Shown here one piece after another: positions 54,979 through 64,000 of a DNA stretch of 64,000 bases. Source of the stretch: Rhodospirillaceae bacterium (lineage in GTDB: Bacteria; Pseudomonadota; Alphaproteobacteria; MPNO01; UBA2964); assembly GCA_038146885.1 (NCBI GenBank), contig JAYQSM010000005.1, positions 171,949-235,948 on the forward strand. Direction: 5' to 3'. The notes beneath the pieces were generated by a model that was not told where the DNA came from, searched no databases, and worked only from the letters and a program-made list of their open reading frames with translations. A program made the position numbers and the translations under genes. Within the stretch, counting starts at the first letter, position 1, and every line of letters begins with the position of its first letter.

Positions 54979-55935
54979 TCAAACAATGTGGGTTCGGAGC
55001 ACCCCGATTTGGGGGCTCGAGATTTCTACAACATCTCCGGCTTTCAAAAATCTATCTTTGACAGGTTTTCCATCCTCACCCGTTGGCGACGAGTCCATGG
55101 CTGTGCCCTCGGCGGTGCCCCCAGAGATCATGTCGCCTGGCAAAAATGTAAAATCTTTCGATAGGTGCTCCAGATATTCACCATAGGAAAAGGCCATGTC
55201 ACCTGAGACAAACTTTTGCCTCCCCTCTCCATTAACTCTGGTTTCAACTTCTACTTTCATAAAGTCGATATCGCCGACTTCAATGCAGGGGCCAACGGAG
55301 CAACACCCATCGAAATTCTTTTGGAGTGCAAATTTTAGGGGACCACCCTCCGGAGACATACGGATTGACCAATCTCCCAGCAGAGTAACACCCCAGACAT
55401 GATCTGATATGTTAGAGGATTTAATGTTCTTCCCGGCCCTACCAAAAACAACCGCGCATTCCCCTTCATAATCAAGATAGCGACACCTTTCGGGATAAGA
55501 CATTTTGCCCTCGTGACCGAGAGATTCCCTGTCAATTTTCCAGAAACCCCAGAACCCCCGATCCCGAACATAATCTGCAGGATCGCCCTCTATCGGATTA
55601 GGCTCTCCCCGTTCAACACGACGTTGTGCCATTGCGATCGCATGGGCAGGATAATTCCCCCCACAGCACGCAATGCGCCCACCTGGAACCCTTGGCGCAT
55701 GAAGCTCGACACCCGATGCCGACACTATGATATCATCTCCAACCTCGCCTAAATTCTCAGTGGCTGAGTGGACTTTATCTATTAAGGAGCGGCCCCCTTC
55801 GATCAAAGTCTGAAGGTTCGCGAAGCTTTCAGCGTCTCCATTGCCCGCCCTTGCCAGGGCACCAGCGATGTCTATGACGTGATCACCCTCTAAAATGCCT
55901 GTTCTTTTTTCAGGGCCATAAATTACAACCTTCAT
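54979..55935 (-). CDS. Fumarylacetoacetate hydrolase (FAH) family hydratase/hydrolase/decarboxylase
   Basis: A 318-aa protein with the typical FAH-fold motifs (..EGECAVVFGRAGKNI.., ..GDMISGGTAEGT..). Confidence 0.75.
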   Translation of the reverse strand: MKVVIYGPEKRTGILEGDHVIDIAGALARAGNGDAESFANLQTLIEGGRSLIDKVHSATENLGEVGDDIIVSASGVELHAPRVPGGRIACCGGNYPAHAIAMAQRRVERGEPNPIEGDPADYVRDRGFWGFWKIDRESLGHEGKMSYPERCRYLDYEGECAVVFGRAGKNIKSSNISDHVWGVTLLGDWSIRMSPEGGPLKFALQKNFDGCCSVGPCIEVGDIDFMKVEVETRVNGEGRQKFVSGDMAFSYGEYLEHLSKDFTFLPGDMISGGTAEGTAMDSSPTGEDGKPVKDRFLKAGDVVEISSPQIGVLRTHIV

Positions 55936-56055
55936 TCGTCTCTCCCTAAACTAAAATTTCCTTAGATGAATTATGCCCTGCAAAGGCATTCCGGCAAGGG
56001 CATAAGAGTGCAAATCAACACATGGGAAATCCAATATAGCCCAGAGGGGCAACAC

Positions 56056-57060
56056 TTAGACCCTGAGCTGATGAAAAGGTTCCAAAGCCTCTTTCACAAA
56101 AATATCTTCGGGCTTCAAATGATGTTGTGTAACCCCTTGCTCATAACAATAGCGGAGAAATGCCTCTATCGTATGGCGATTACGAGAAACGCCGTAGGGC
56201 CAATAATCGCCGTCAGGAAAAAACTCTGCACTTATCCTCTGCACGTGTTGATACAACCAGGGCAGAGCAATTTGGGAGACATTCATATCGCGCAGCCTCC
56301 GAACCGAATTATTCTTCGCTTCTTCGAAAGCGTTAAACATGTTGCGAGCGATCCATGGATTCTTCTCATAAGTGGTCCTCTTAAGAGCCACCGTGTGCAT
56401 TATCGGAAAAATCCCCGTTTCCGAGAAATAAGCTCGTTCAGCATTCTCAAATTCGGGGAATAAGCGCGTAATGGCGGTATCCCCGGCAAGCATGCGCCTG
56501 GGCGGATCCGCGGTAATCAACGCATCAATCTGACCTTCAACCAACATATCGGCCAAGGAGCCGTCAGGAAGGTCCGTCAAACGGACCCCAGTCGGCGGTC
56601 GCTCCGCGGTATTGTCGAGGCGCCCGGGACTATTCGGCCCGAGCTGATACCAATCAACTTCGCTCAGCGGTATCCCGATGGTTTCCGTTAACCAACCGCG
56701 AGCGTAGGTGGTCGCTGTTTGCGCCCACTGGGGCAGTCCGATTTTCTTTCCCCTTAAATCCTCTGGGCCTTTTATGGAACCATCGGACCGCACATACACA
56801 CCCGACAGTCTAAACAAACGAGAGGGAAAAACGGGGATCAGAACAAACGGCGCTTCACCACGATCAATCGCCTGACAAGACATAGCGAAGGAAATTTCAG
56901 AAATATCCCATTCCTGATCCTGTAAAAACCTTTTGAAAGTCTCCTCAACTTCCATAACCAAACTGGTAAGGTGGATGCCTTTTGGCTTCACAGCACCAGT
57001 GAAAAGATCTCTTACATGGTCGTAATCGTTTATACCTAAAGTGAGATTTATATCAGCCAT
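56056..57060 (-). CDS. NMT1/THI5-like (SsuA-fold) cytoplasmic protein, probably 4,5-dihydroxyphthalate-decarboxylase-like rather than a transport binding protein
   Basis: A 334-aa protein with no signal peptide. Its N-terminus LTLGINDYDHVRDLFTGAVKPKGIHL and the ..IPVFPSRLFRLSGVYV.. pattern resemble the enzyme branch of this fold. Confidence 0.5.
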   Translation of the reverse strand: MADINLTLGINDYDHVRDLFTGAVKPKGIHLTSLVMEVEETFKRFLQDQEWDISEISFAMSCQAIDRGEAPFVLIPVFPSRLFRLSGVYVRSDGSIKGPEDLRGKKIGLPQWAQTATTYARGWLTETIGIPLSEVDWYQLGPNSPGRLDNTAERPPTGVRLTDLPDGSLADMLVEGQIDALITADPPRRMLAGDTAITRLFPEFENAERAYFSETGIFPIMHTVALKRTTYEKNPWIARNMFNAFEEAKNNSVRRLRDMNVSQIALPWLYQHVQRISAEFFPDGDYWPYGVSRNRHTIEAFLRYCYEQGVTQHHLKPEDIFVKEALEPFHQLRV

Positions 57061-57112
57061 ATTTTCCTCAAAATCGTAGAGACACGATCAGGTGCAGTCA
57101 GGGTCGGGCTCA

Positions 57113-57604
57113 CTATTGATCGCGATCCAATCTTTGTTTTGTGAACTCCTGAAACGCCGCAAGTGTTTCCTCGCTGCAATGGTGCTCCATACCTTCTGCG
57201 TCGGCCCACGCAATCTCATCTGGAATTCCCATCGCCATTAAAAATTCAACGATGATGTGATGACGTGCCCGGCATTTCTCCGCTATCGAGCGACCCTCGT
57301 CGGTTAAAAAAATGGATCGGTAAGGCTGAGCTTTTACCAGTTCGAGTTGTTGCAACCTGGCGATCATTTTATTTACGGTGGCTGAGGTGACACCCAATCG
57401 CTTCGCTATTTCGACCGCGCGCGCTTCGCCCTCTTCATCAATTAAATCAGCGATGAGCTCGACGTAATCTTCAATCGTCTCGGTTTCCCTGGCTTGACGA
57501 ACTTGCCTAAAATGACCTGCCTGGGTATCCGGCGTTAAATAGGCAGAGATGGCCCCACCCTTGCCAGAAACCATCTGCGAAGCAGAATTCTTTTCCTTAG
57601 TCAT
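57113..57604 (-). CDS. DtxR/MntR-family metal-dependent transcriptional repressor
   Basis: A 163-aa protein with an HTH (IEDYVELIADLIDEEGEARAVEIAKRLGVTSATV) and metal-site helix (..RHHIIVEFL.., ..EHHCSEE..), characteristic of MntR/DtxR. Confidence 0.7.
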   Translation of the reverse strand: MTKEKNSASQMVSGKGGAISAYLTPDTQAGHFRQVRQARETETIEDYVELIADLIDEEGEARAVEIAKRLGVTSATVNKMIARLQQLELVKAQPYRSIFLTDEGRSIAEKCRARHHIIVEFLMAMGIPDEIAWADAEGMEHHCSEETLAAFQEFTKQRLDRDQ

Positions 57605-57723
57605 ACCAGCCTGCAGCTCATCAACGTGATTTGAGTATGCAAGCTTCAGCGCAAGTTGACAAATTTATTCCCTCGACAAATATTTTTAGCGGTGTCTAAA
57701 CTTTTCAGTATCAACACGTATTA

Positions 57724-58935
57724 TTGATTATGACCGCGGTCGATTTCGAAAACAAACGCAGCATTAAGTTGCGGTGGAAACAGATTGGGACTCTCAAACT
57801 GATACAACTTCTTACAGTTGGTTGTTTGATAGCGTTCCTATTGCTCCCGTCAAAAGCAAGCTTTGTTATTGTCCAAAGCCTTTCGGACGCCTTTCTCCAA
57901 GTAACCGTCTTTGTCGCCATTACCTTAGCGATTTTTTATGCCCTTGAAGCCTGGTTCCGCATCGATTCGGTTGCCCTGTTGCGGCGCTATCGCGCGTGGC
58001 ATGCACCCATCGCTGCGCTTTTGGGGGCCCTTCCCGGCTGCGGTGGCGCGATTATGGTGATCACACAGTTTGTTCGCGGTGGCCTTAGTTTTGGAGCCGT
58101 CGTCAGCGTTTTGACGGCAACAATGGGCGACGCTGCCTTCTTACTTCTCGCGCAACAACCGATTACAGGGATCGGAATTTTTACGGCATGCTTCGGAATC
58201 GGCATCATCTCGGGGTACCTTGTTGATATAATCCACGGGCCTCATTTTCTTCGACCGCCCGGCGTAAAGGGCCTTGAAACAGTGAAGCTGAGATCACGTG
58301 CGGTTCGGTCAAGAATTCTTCAACTGGTTTGGTGGGCGTTCGTCATCCCCGGCATATTTCTGGGAATATCGATTGCTCTCCAAATCGATACCACCCAATT
58401 TTTCGAAAATATATTTGGCCTCGATGTAACCCTCCCCATCGGCCTAGGCGGGGCTCTACTGTGTCTGGCATTATGGACACTCGTTCCAGCCTCTAATTCC
58501 GAGCACAGTCCCAACCAAAGTATCGGTTGGGCATCGGCGAGCGACGGACGCCTGGATGATGCCCTCGCCAGGGTGGTTGGAGACACATCCTTTGTAACAG
58601 TCTGGGCCGCATTCGCCTTTTTGACCTATGAGCTTGGTGTCCTTATCACAGGCATCGGTTTAGAGGATTTTTTCAGTATTTGGGCACCCCTTGTTCCATT
58701 GCTCGCAATCATCATTGGATTCATACCAGGGTGCGGACCGCAGGTTGTCGTGACAACTATGTATCTAAATGGCTCTATCCCCCTCTCGGCTGAATTGGGG
58801 AACGCAATCAGCAATGATGGTGATGCCTTATTTCCTGCAATCGCGATTGCCCCAAAAGCCGCCATCATTGCGACACTCTATTCTGCTGTCCCGGCCCTTC
58901 TAGCAGCTTATGGCTGGTATTGGCTCTTCGAATAG
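57724..58935 (+). CDS. Polytopic permease with an internal two-fold repeat, each half carrying a PGCG motif; a putative metal-ion transporter, possibly the ArsP_2-type 10-TM exporter family
   Basis: A 403-aa hydrophobic protein. The halves align (..ALPGCGGAIMVITQF.. versus ..FIPGCGPQVVVTTMYL..). It is divergently adjacent to the MntR/DtxR regulator. Confidence 0.45.
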   Translation: MIMTAVDFENKRSIKLRWKQIGTLKLIQLLTVGCLIAFLLLPSKASFVIVQSLSDAFLQVTVFVAITLAIFYALEAWFRIDSVALLRRYRAWHAPIAALLGALPGCGGAIMVITQFVRGGLSFGAVVSVLTATMGDAAFLLLAQQPITGIGIFTACFGIGIISGYLVDIIHGPHFLRPPGVKGLETVKLRSRAVRSRILQLVWWAFVIPGIFLGISIALQIDTTQFFENIFGLDVTLPIGLGGALLCLALWTLVPASNSEHSPNQSIGWASASDGRLDDALARVVGDTSFVTVWAAFAFLTYELGVLITGIGLEDFFSIWAPLVPLLAIIIGFIPGCGPQVVVTTMYLNGSIPLSAELGNAISNDGDALFPAIAIAPKAAIIATLYSAVPALLAAYGWYWLFE

Positions 58936-58960
58936 CATCTGTGTCTATCGATTCCAAAAA

Positions 58961-60292
58961 CTACAAAGCCATCGGAACTCCAGCCAGTCTCTCCCGAAGC
59001 CTCTGATCAACCCATTGGGCCCACAGTAAGGTCATACAATCTGAGTGTTCCCGTCCAATAAGCTGCAAGTTAACTGGCATCCCATTTGGACCTTCGAATA
59101 GCGGCAGGTTTACTGCCGGCATGTACATCTGAGTCCAGAGCCGATTGAAGACCGCATTTCTTACCTGGAGAGTACCAACTGGAGCTTCACCGGGTAAACT
59201 TGGCGTGAGAAACAAATCATAGCGCGAGGCGAGTCTGTCCATTTCAGCGCGTGCTGCGGCCAATTTGGCTCTCGATGTTTCATAATCTGCTAGCGTCAAT
59301 GTGCGCGCAAAAAGCACACGTTCGTTATTATGATCATTAAATTCTGAGAAATGGTTTTGCACTTCAAATTGAAGAGCGTGAGCCCCCTCCCAAGCGTTTA
59401 CCACGCCAAAATCACTGGTTATCTGGGAGAAAAGCTCTGGAAGTTCTAAATCGTTAACATCCGCCCCGGCGTCTTTGAGCATATCAACCGCGATGGCGAT
59501 AGCCTGTCGAGAACAGGGTTCTGCCTGGTCCCATGCTGCAGTTCGCACCAAGGCCAACCGTGGGTGAGATTTTCCATCGATAAATTCGCCCGGATCTTCG
59601 CCAACATTGACAGAGCGGAGCAAGATTAGATCTTCCATCGCTCTGGCAAACAGTCCAATCGTATCAATGCCGCCCTTGCAGTGACGAAACCCGGCTCTAT
59701 CGATGCCATTGAGGCTGGCCTTAAATCCATAGACACCGTTGCTCGCCGCAGGCCCAATAACCGATCCCCCCGTTTGTGTCCCGTTGGCAAGGGTAACCAT
59801 AAAATCCGCCACTGCGGCGCCAGAGCCACTTGAAGAAACACTGGCTGTCCTGGAAAAGTCATGCGGGTTCTTCGTTCCAATGGGTTTGGGGCAGGCAAAT
59901 TCGGTAGTGACAGTCTTGCCCATAATAACAAGCCCTGCTTTCCGAAGGCTTGAGACACAGGCCGATTCTTCCCCCCACATTTTTCCAACATAAGGAGGAA
60001 AGCCATGGGCCGTTGGCATATCTTCCGTGTCGAATACATCTTTTATGCCGATCGGGATCCCATGAAGCGGAGAGAGTCTGGGCGTGTTATCAAGCAAACG
60101 GGCCTGTTCAAGGGCCAGTTCAGGCTCAATATGAGCCCAGGCGTTAATGATCGGATCACGCGCCTTCACTCTCTCTAAACAATCGGAAATCAAGCGTTCG
60201 GATGAGATCTCACCCGCCTCTAACCTTCGGGCAGCCTCTGTCGCGGTGAGGCCATTGAGCCCGAAGGGCCCGGCGCTAGATAAGTCTGCCAT
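58961..60292 (-). CDS. Amidase signature (AS) family amidase
   Basis: A 443-aa protein with GIPIGIKDVFDT and the Ser-rich AS stretch ..SSSGSGAAVA...GTQTGGSVIGPAASNGVYGFK. Confidence 0.8.
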   Translation of the reverse strand: MADLSSAGPFGLNGLTATEAARRLEAGEISSERLISDCLERVKARDPIINAWAHIEPELALEQARLLDNTPRLSPLHGIPIGIKDVFDTEDMPTAHGFPPYVGKMWGEESACVSSLRKAGLVIMGKTVTTEFACPKPIGTKNPHDFSRTASVSSSGSGAAVADFMVTLANGTQTGGSVIGPAASNGVYGFKASLNGIDRAGFRHCKGGIDTIGLFARAMEDLILLRSVNVGEDPGEFIDGKSHPRLALVRTAAWDQAEPCSRQAIAIAVDMLKDAGADVNDLELPELFSQITSDFGVVNAWEGAHALQFEVQNHFSEFNDHNNERVLFARTLTLADYETSRAKLAAARAEMDRLASRYDLFLTPSLPGEAPVGTLQVRNAVFNRLWTQMYMPAVNLPLFEGPNGMPVNLQLIGREHSDCMTLLWAQWVDQRLRERLAGVPMAL

Positions 60293-60408
60293 AATGATAC
60301 CTCCACAAAGTTAGTCGTTTCATTTTTCTGTCCCTGATCTCGCTGGCCGACTTTTCCAATTCTGTGACAAAGCTTACAGTAGGGCAGAGGTCTTACAAAG
60401 AGTGAGCA

Positions 60409-61614
60409 ATGAGCGAAGAAAAGCCAATCGTAATCGCCGGAGGAGGCATCGGTGGCCTTGCTGTTGCCCGAATGTTGGCACTCTCGGGTCGAAAGTCCGT
60501 TGTTTTGGAAAAGGCTGATCAATTTGGAGAAATCGGTGCAGGTATTCAGCTTGGCCCCAACACCCACCGGGCTTTTGAAACTCTGCAGGTCAAAAAAGCC
60601 ATGCATGATATCGCCTGGTTCCCGAAGGACATGATCATGATGGACAGCCTCACGGGAGAGGAAATTTTGCGGATGCCGTCCGGTCATTCCCTGACCCCTT
60701 TTTTCGGGGACCCCTACGCTGTCATTCATAGAGCCGACCTTCACGCTGCCCTTTTCGATGTTTGCTCTCAAATGGATGAGATTGAGTTGCGAACATCTTC
60801 AGAGGTTTCTGCCTTTAACGAGATATCGGATGGGGTCTTGGTTTCAATGGCAAACGGCGATGAGATCGAGAGTTCCGCGTTGATCGGAGCGGATGGTCTG
60901 TGGTCAAACATTCGACCAGCGATCATAGATGATGGGGACCCGGTTGTCTCAGGCCACATAGCCTATCGTGCTGTCTTGCCGATTGACGAGGTTCCAGAGG
61001 AGCTGGGTCAATGGATTGACGATGTTGTGTTGTGGGGCGGGCCCCGTAACCATCTGGTCCACTACAGGCTACGTCGGGGCGAACTCTTCAATATCGTGGC
61101 CGTGTTCCACAGCCAACGTTATGTCGAAGGCTGGGATGAATACGGCGATCCAAAGGAACTTTACTCTCATTTCGACGGGGTCCAAAGGCCCGTCAGAGCA
61201 CTTCTGGACAAGATCGATGTCTGGAAAATGTGGGTGCTCTGCGATCGCGTTCCCGTAAAAGAATGGAGCAAAGGGCGGGTAACACTTCTGGGTGATGCAG
61301 CACACCCCACTCTGCAGTATCTCGCCGCGGGCGCAGGTATGGCAATGGAAGATGCAATCTGTTTAGCCAAATTGCTCGATCAAACGGATGGGGATATCCC
61401 TAAGGCCTTTTCCGACTACCCAAAACAGAGATATTTGCGAACAGCTCGGGTGCAACTCACAGCCCGGTTATATGGCGACTTATATCACGCAGAGGGAGTG
61501 GCGAGAGAATTGAGGAACCAGCTCCTGGGAGGAAAAAAAGAACCAGGATCAAACCCTTACGCGGGAATGGCCTGGCTTTACCAGAAAGATAGCGAACAGC
61601 CGGGGGGCATTTAG
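60409..61614 (+). CDS. FAD-dependent aromatic monooxygenase (salicylate/3-hydroxybenzoate hydroxylase family)
   Basis: A 401-aa protein with GxGxxG (VIAGGGIGGLAVA), DG..S and GDAAHP..P..G.G motifs. Confidence 0.8.
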   Translation: MSEEKPIVIAGGGIGGLAVARMLALSGRKSVVLEKADQFGEIGAGIQLGPNTHRAFETLQVKKAMHDIAWFPKDMIMMDSLTGEEILRMPSGHSLTPFFGDPYAVIHRADLHAALFDVCSQMDEIELRTSSEVSAFNEISDGVLVSMANGDEIESSALIGADGLWSNIRPAIIDDGDPVVSGHIAYRAVLPIDEVPEELGQWIDDVVLWGGPRNHLVHYRLRRGELFNIVAVFHSQRYVEGWDEYGDPKELYSHFDGVQRPVRALLDKIDVWKMWVLCDRVPVKEWSKGRVTLLGDAAHPTLQYLAAGAGMAMEDAICLAKLLDQTDGDIPKAFSDYPKQRYLRTARVQLTARLYGDLYHAEGVARELRNQLLGGKKEPGSNPYAGMAWLYQKDSEQPGGI

Positions 61615-61855
61615 GTTAACACCTCATAATAGCCCCTGGTTTGAAGGCCAGTCCAACCCTCAGCTCTTGAGCAAATTCTTGTGTCTTGGCAAAGGGGCCA
61701 GCTTTCCTCCGAGGGCACTTAGGGCCGCTCGCGGTGTCACCTCGATGCTCACCTGACATGCATTCGCGTGAGTACCCAAAGCCGCTTTACTCAGTCTGAA
61801 ACTCTTTTTTACTTTACTCGACTATATCAGTGATCTCATCTCCTCCCGTAATCTT

Positions 61856-62548
61856 TTGATGAAAGATATTGACGAATTAGACCGGTCGGTTGACTTTCTG
61901 GGGTGGCACGTAAAACAAGTCCATAAGGACAATGGAAATCGGAGACTGCTCTTGGACCAACAACTTCTATCCCCTGTCAAAGCCTTCGTCGAAAACGTCC
62001 GAGGTTACTTTCAGGAGGGACTCGATCCATCCACCCTATGGTATCGCGCCTCAGACGATCTCCAAAGACTGCTCAAAAGCCCGGAGCTGTTAGAAAACTC
62101 AAAAAATTGGCCGACCACTAAGGAGCCCAATGGACCGCCAGGTAATCTCCTATTCTACGAGGACCCAGATTACAAATTCGCCCTAAACGCCTTGGTGAAA
62201 AAGCCCCTTGCTGAGACGACTGTCCATGATCACGGACAAAGTTGGACCTTATATGGTGTCCTTGAAGGAGGAGAGCATATTCGGCGCTGGCGACGAGTTG
62301 ATGACGGACCAAAAGAGCGCGGACCGGCGGTTTTATCCGAAGATGGGACTTTCGATGTCACACCTGGATATATTGACATTGTGCCTCCATGGCAAATTCA
62401 CCAGGAAAAAAACGGTAACCATAGAACAATCGGTTTTATTGTTAGATCTCAAAGATCCGGGACCTTTAGACAATATCGGTATAATTTGGAGGATGGATCG
62501 ATGGGATCGAATCAGGGACCACACCAGATTCCTTATCAGCTCACTTGA
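61856..62548 (+). CDS. Cupin protein of the cysteine dioxygenase type I (CDO/thiol dioxygenase) family
   Basis: A 230-aa protein with ..TVHDHGQSWTLYGVLEGGE.. and a second His-containing strand (..WQIHQ..), giving a 3-His cupin pattern. Confidence 0.5.
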   Translation: MMKDIDELDRSVDFLGWHVKQVHKDNGNRRLLLDQQLLSPVKAFVENVRGYFQEGLDPSTLWYRASDDLQRLLKSPELLENSKNWPTTKEPNGPPGNLLFYEDPDYKFALNALVKKPLAETTVHDHGQSWTLYGVLEGGEHIRRWRRVDDGPKERGPAVLSEDGTFDVTPGYIDIVPPWQIHQEKNGNHRTIGFIVRSQRSGTFRQYRYNLEDGSMGSNQGPHQIPYQLT

Positions 62549-62613
62549 TTCAGCGGATCGAATCTTCGCCTATCCTCCCGCCGTTTCGTGAGTTTTAATG
62601 GATGGTGCTGAGA

Positions 62614-63684
62614 TCATTCCTTGAGTCTCAATTTCTCCCAAACCTTCACCCCTCCCAAATAAATATATTGGGTGCCAATGTTAACAACGATAATCCGTGC
62701 CATGTGAAAAGCGATCACAAGTGGGACTCCAATTTGGAGGGCTTGGGCGACGATTGTCATCTCTGCGAGTCCTCCTGGAGCGGTTGCAATAATGAGCGTG
62801 GACAAGGGGATTTCGGAAATCCAGGCGATAAAGAAAGCCACGCCTACCGAAGCCGAGATAATAAAAAACGCATTCACAATGGCGAACGGAATAAATAATT
62901 TATGACGGACGAAAAACGCGCGTTCATAGCGTTCACCGAGAATGAGACCAAACATAAGCTGAGCAAAATCGGCCATCCAGCCTGGAATCAGGGACAATTC
63001 GAAACCCGACATGGTTAACAGGGCTCCCAAAAAGATTGGGACCATAAAGCATCCATTGTGAAAATTGAGCCGTTCCGAGAGTTCCCCGAGCAGACCCCCA
63101 ACTAGCAACCATATAGCGATTAGTCCGTAATTTATCACCAAATCTGGTTTGTAAGGCAAAATCTCAATGGACACTCCGCCGTAGGTCATGAAGTAAGGAA
63201 CTACAATAACGAGGATCGACACCCTAAGAGAATGCGCCACGGCGACGGGAGGAATCTGGGCATTATATTTATCTGCCAGGTTGGCCATGGCCATTGAACC
63301 ACCCGGAATTGATGCAAAGAACGCAGATTTTGCATTGACGCCAGAAACCTTACTCATAATCAGAGCACCCAGACCACCGATTAAGAAAGCCGATAGGGTG
63401 GCTCCCAAGATCAGGCCGGTATTACTAACCAGCGCAGCGACGACGGGCGGTGTAAAATAAATAGAAACTGCCGAACCCAGAATAATTTGGCCAGTCTGCC
63501 GACCATACGGAATAGACAGTGCCCGAATTCCGAATAAATTCAGGATCGCTACCGCCACCATAGGGCCTATCATCCAAGGGATTGGCGTGTCTAACCAATC
63601 CAACACAGCGCCCGCGGGAACGCCGACCATCAATGCTCTGCACATCAGGGGAAAGCGCTCTCGAAGCGCGGAGAAACTCATCAT
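62614..63684 (-). CDS. AbrB-family (AbrB duplication) membrane protein, often annotated as putative ammonia monooxygenase
   Basis: A 356-aa polytopic protein with duplicated halves and the typical N-terminus ..VGVPAGAVLDWLDTPIPWMIGPM... Confidence 0.65.
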   Translation of the reverse strand: MMSFSALRERFPLMCRALMVGVPAGAVLDWLDTPIPWMIGPMVAVAILNLFGIRALSIPYGRQTGQIILGSAVSIYFTPPVVAALVSNTGLILGATLSAFLIGGLGALIMSKVSGVNAKSAFFASIPGGSMAMANLADKYNAQIPPVAVAHSLRVSILVIVVPYFMTYGGVSIEILPYKPDLVINYGLIAIWLLVGGLLGELSERLNFHNGCFMVPIFLGALLTMSGFELSLIPGWMADFAQLMFGLILGERYERAFFVRHKLFIPFAIVNAFFIISASVGVAFFIAWISEIPLSTLIIATAPGGLAEMTIVAQALQIGVPLVIAFHMARIIVVNIGTQYIYLGGVKVWEKLRLKE

Positions 63685-64000
63685 GTCTTTGAGCCAATAT
63701 AACGGATGGTGATTTCCGGCCAGCCTACACGGTTTGAATAAAAAAGGCGAATACCAGAAAACTTCTATGGAAAATTCCTGTTACTTCGAACACACGTTGG
63801 AACATCAAGGCGGCCATGACACCTGGTGATAATTGTTCTTACAACATCCAGTTAGCAGACAAACCGTTTGGGAAATGGTCTCCGTTCAAGGCAATCTTTG
63901 AAAGACATCATTTACAAAATTTCCGAGCGACGAAAGATAGATTTCCCGAAAATTCCGTGATCTAATTTTGTACTTGTCAGAGGGAGAGTTTCAGTATGAG

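Overview
The window is bacterial chromosomal DNA of moderate GC content, probably proteobacterial, and divides into three blocks.

Block 1 (1-13.7 kb) is intact. It holds a partial ChaC-like gene, a VOC-fold protein, UDP-glucuronate decarboxylase and a class I ribonucleotide reductase (nrdA/nrdB) whose alpha subunit lacks an ATP-cone. Then comes an intact minus-strand module for an acetamido-uronamide sugar: a UDP-glucuronate 4-epimerase-like protein, a TviB/WbpO-like UDP-GlcNAc 6-dehydrogenase, an AsnB/WbpS-like amidotransferase, a small phosphoglycosyltransferase and a PglF/WbpM-like membrane dehydratase.

Block 2 (13.7-41.6 kb) is a surface-polysaccharide (O-antigen/capsule-type) locus in which almost every gene is broken by frameshifts into two to five pieces. 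The broken genes include manC, wzx, a polysaccharide deacetylase, several methyltransferases including an NDP-hexose C-methyltransferase, sqdB-like UDP-sulfoquinovose synthase, a pseB-like dehydratase, gmd plus an rmd-like gene, and several GT1/GT2 glycosyltransferases. They also include a fused nucleotidyltransferase-kinase, a GatZ/KbaZ-like gene and a second phosphoglycosyltransferase. Among the apparently unbroken ORFs are a KdsC-like phosphatase and a small cupin; two Wzy/O-antigen-ligase-like membrane proteins carry frameshifted C-terminal tails. The locus ends with a Wzc BY-kinase whose C-terminal tyrosine cluster is out of frame, a divergent PPP-family phosphatase and a truncated wza remnant. 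There is also a two-gene operon encoding a signal-peptide-bearing alanine-rich protein with eleven 45-bp tandem repeats, followed by an Asp-rich outer-membrane beta-barrel.

Block 3 (47-64 kb) is a largely intact aromatic/amine catabolic island. It carries LigJ-like and LigI-like amidohydrolases, an HpcH-family aldolase, a glutamine-synthetase-like ligase and Rieske dioxygenase alpha and beta subunits (alpha carries a single frameshift in a C-run, and no reductase is present). It also carries a MIOX-family HD-domain oxygenase, an FAH-family enzyme, an NMT1-like putative 4,5-dihydroxyphthalate decarboxylase, a DtxR/MntR-family regulator with a duplicated-repeat permease, an amidase, an FAD monooxygenase, a cysteine-dioxygenase-like cupin and an AbrB-family membrane protein.

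I found no transposase, integrase or CRISPR array and could not confirm any tRNA by eye. The ORF track shows M for non-ATG starts; for example nrdA begins at TTG eight bases after a TAAGGAGG Shine-Dalgarno sequence.
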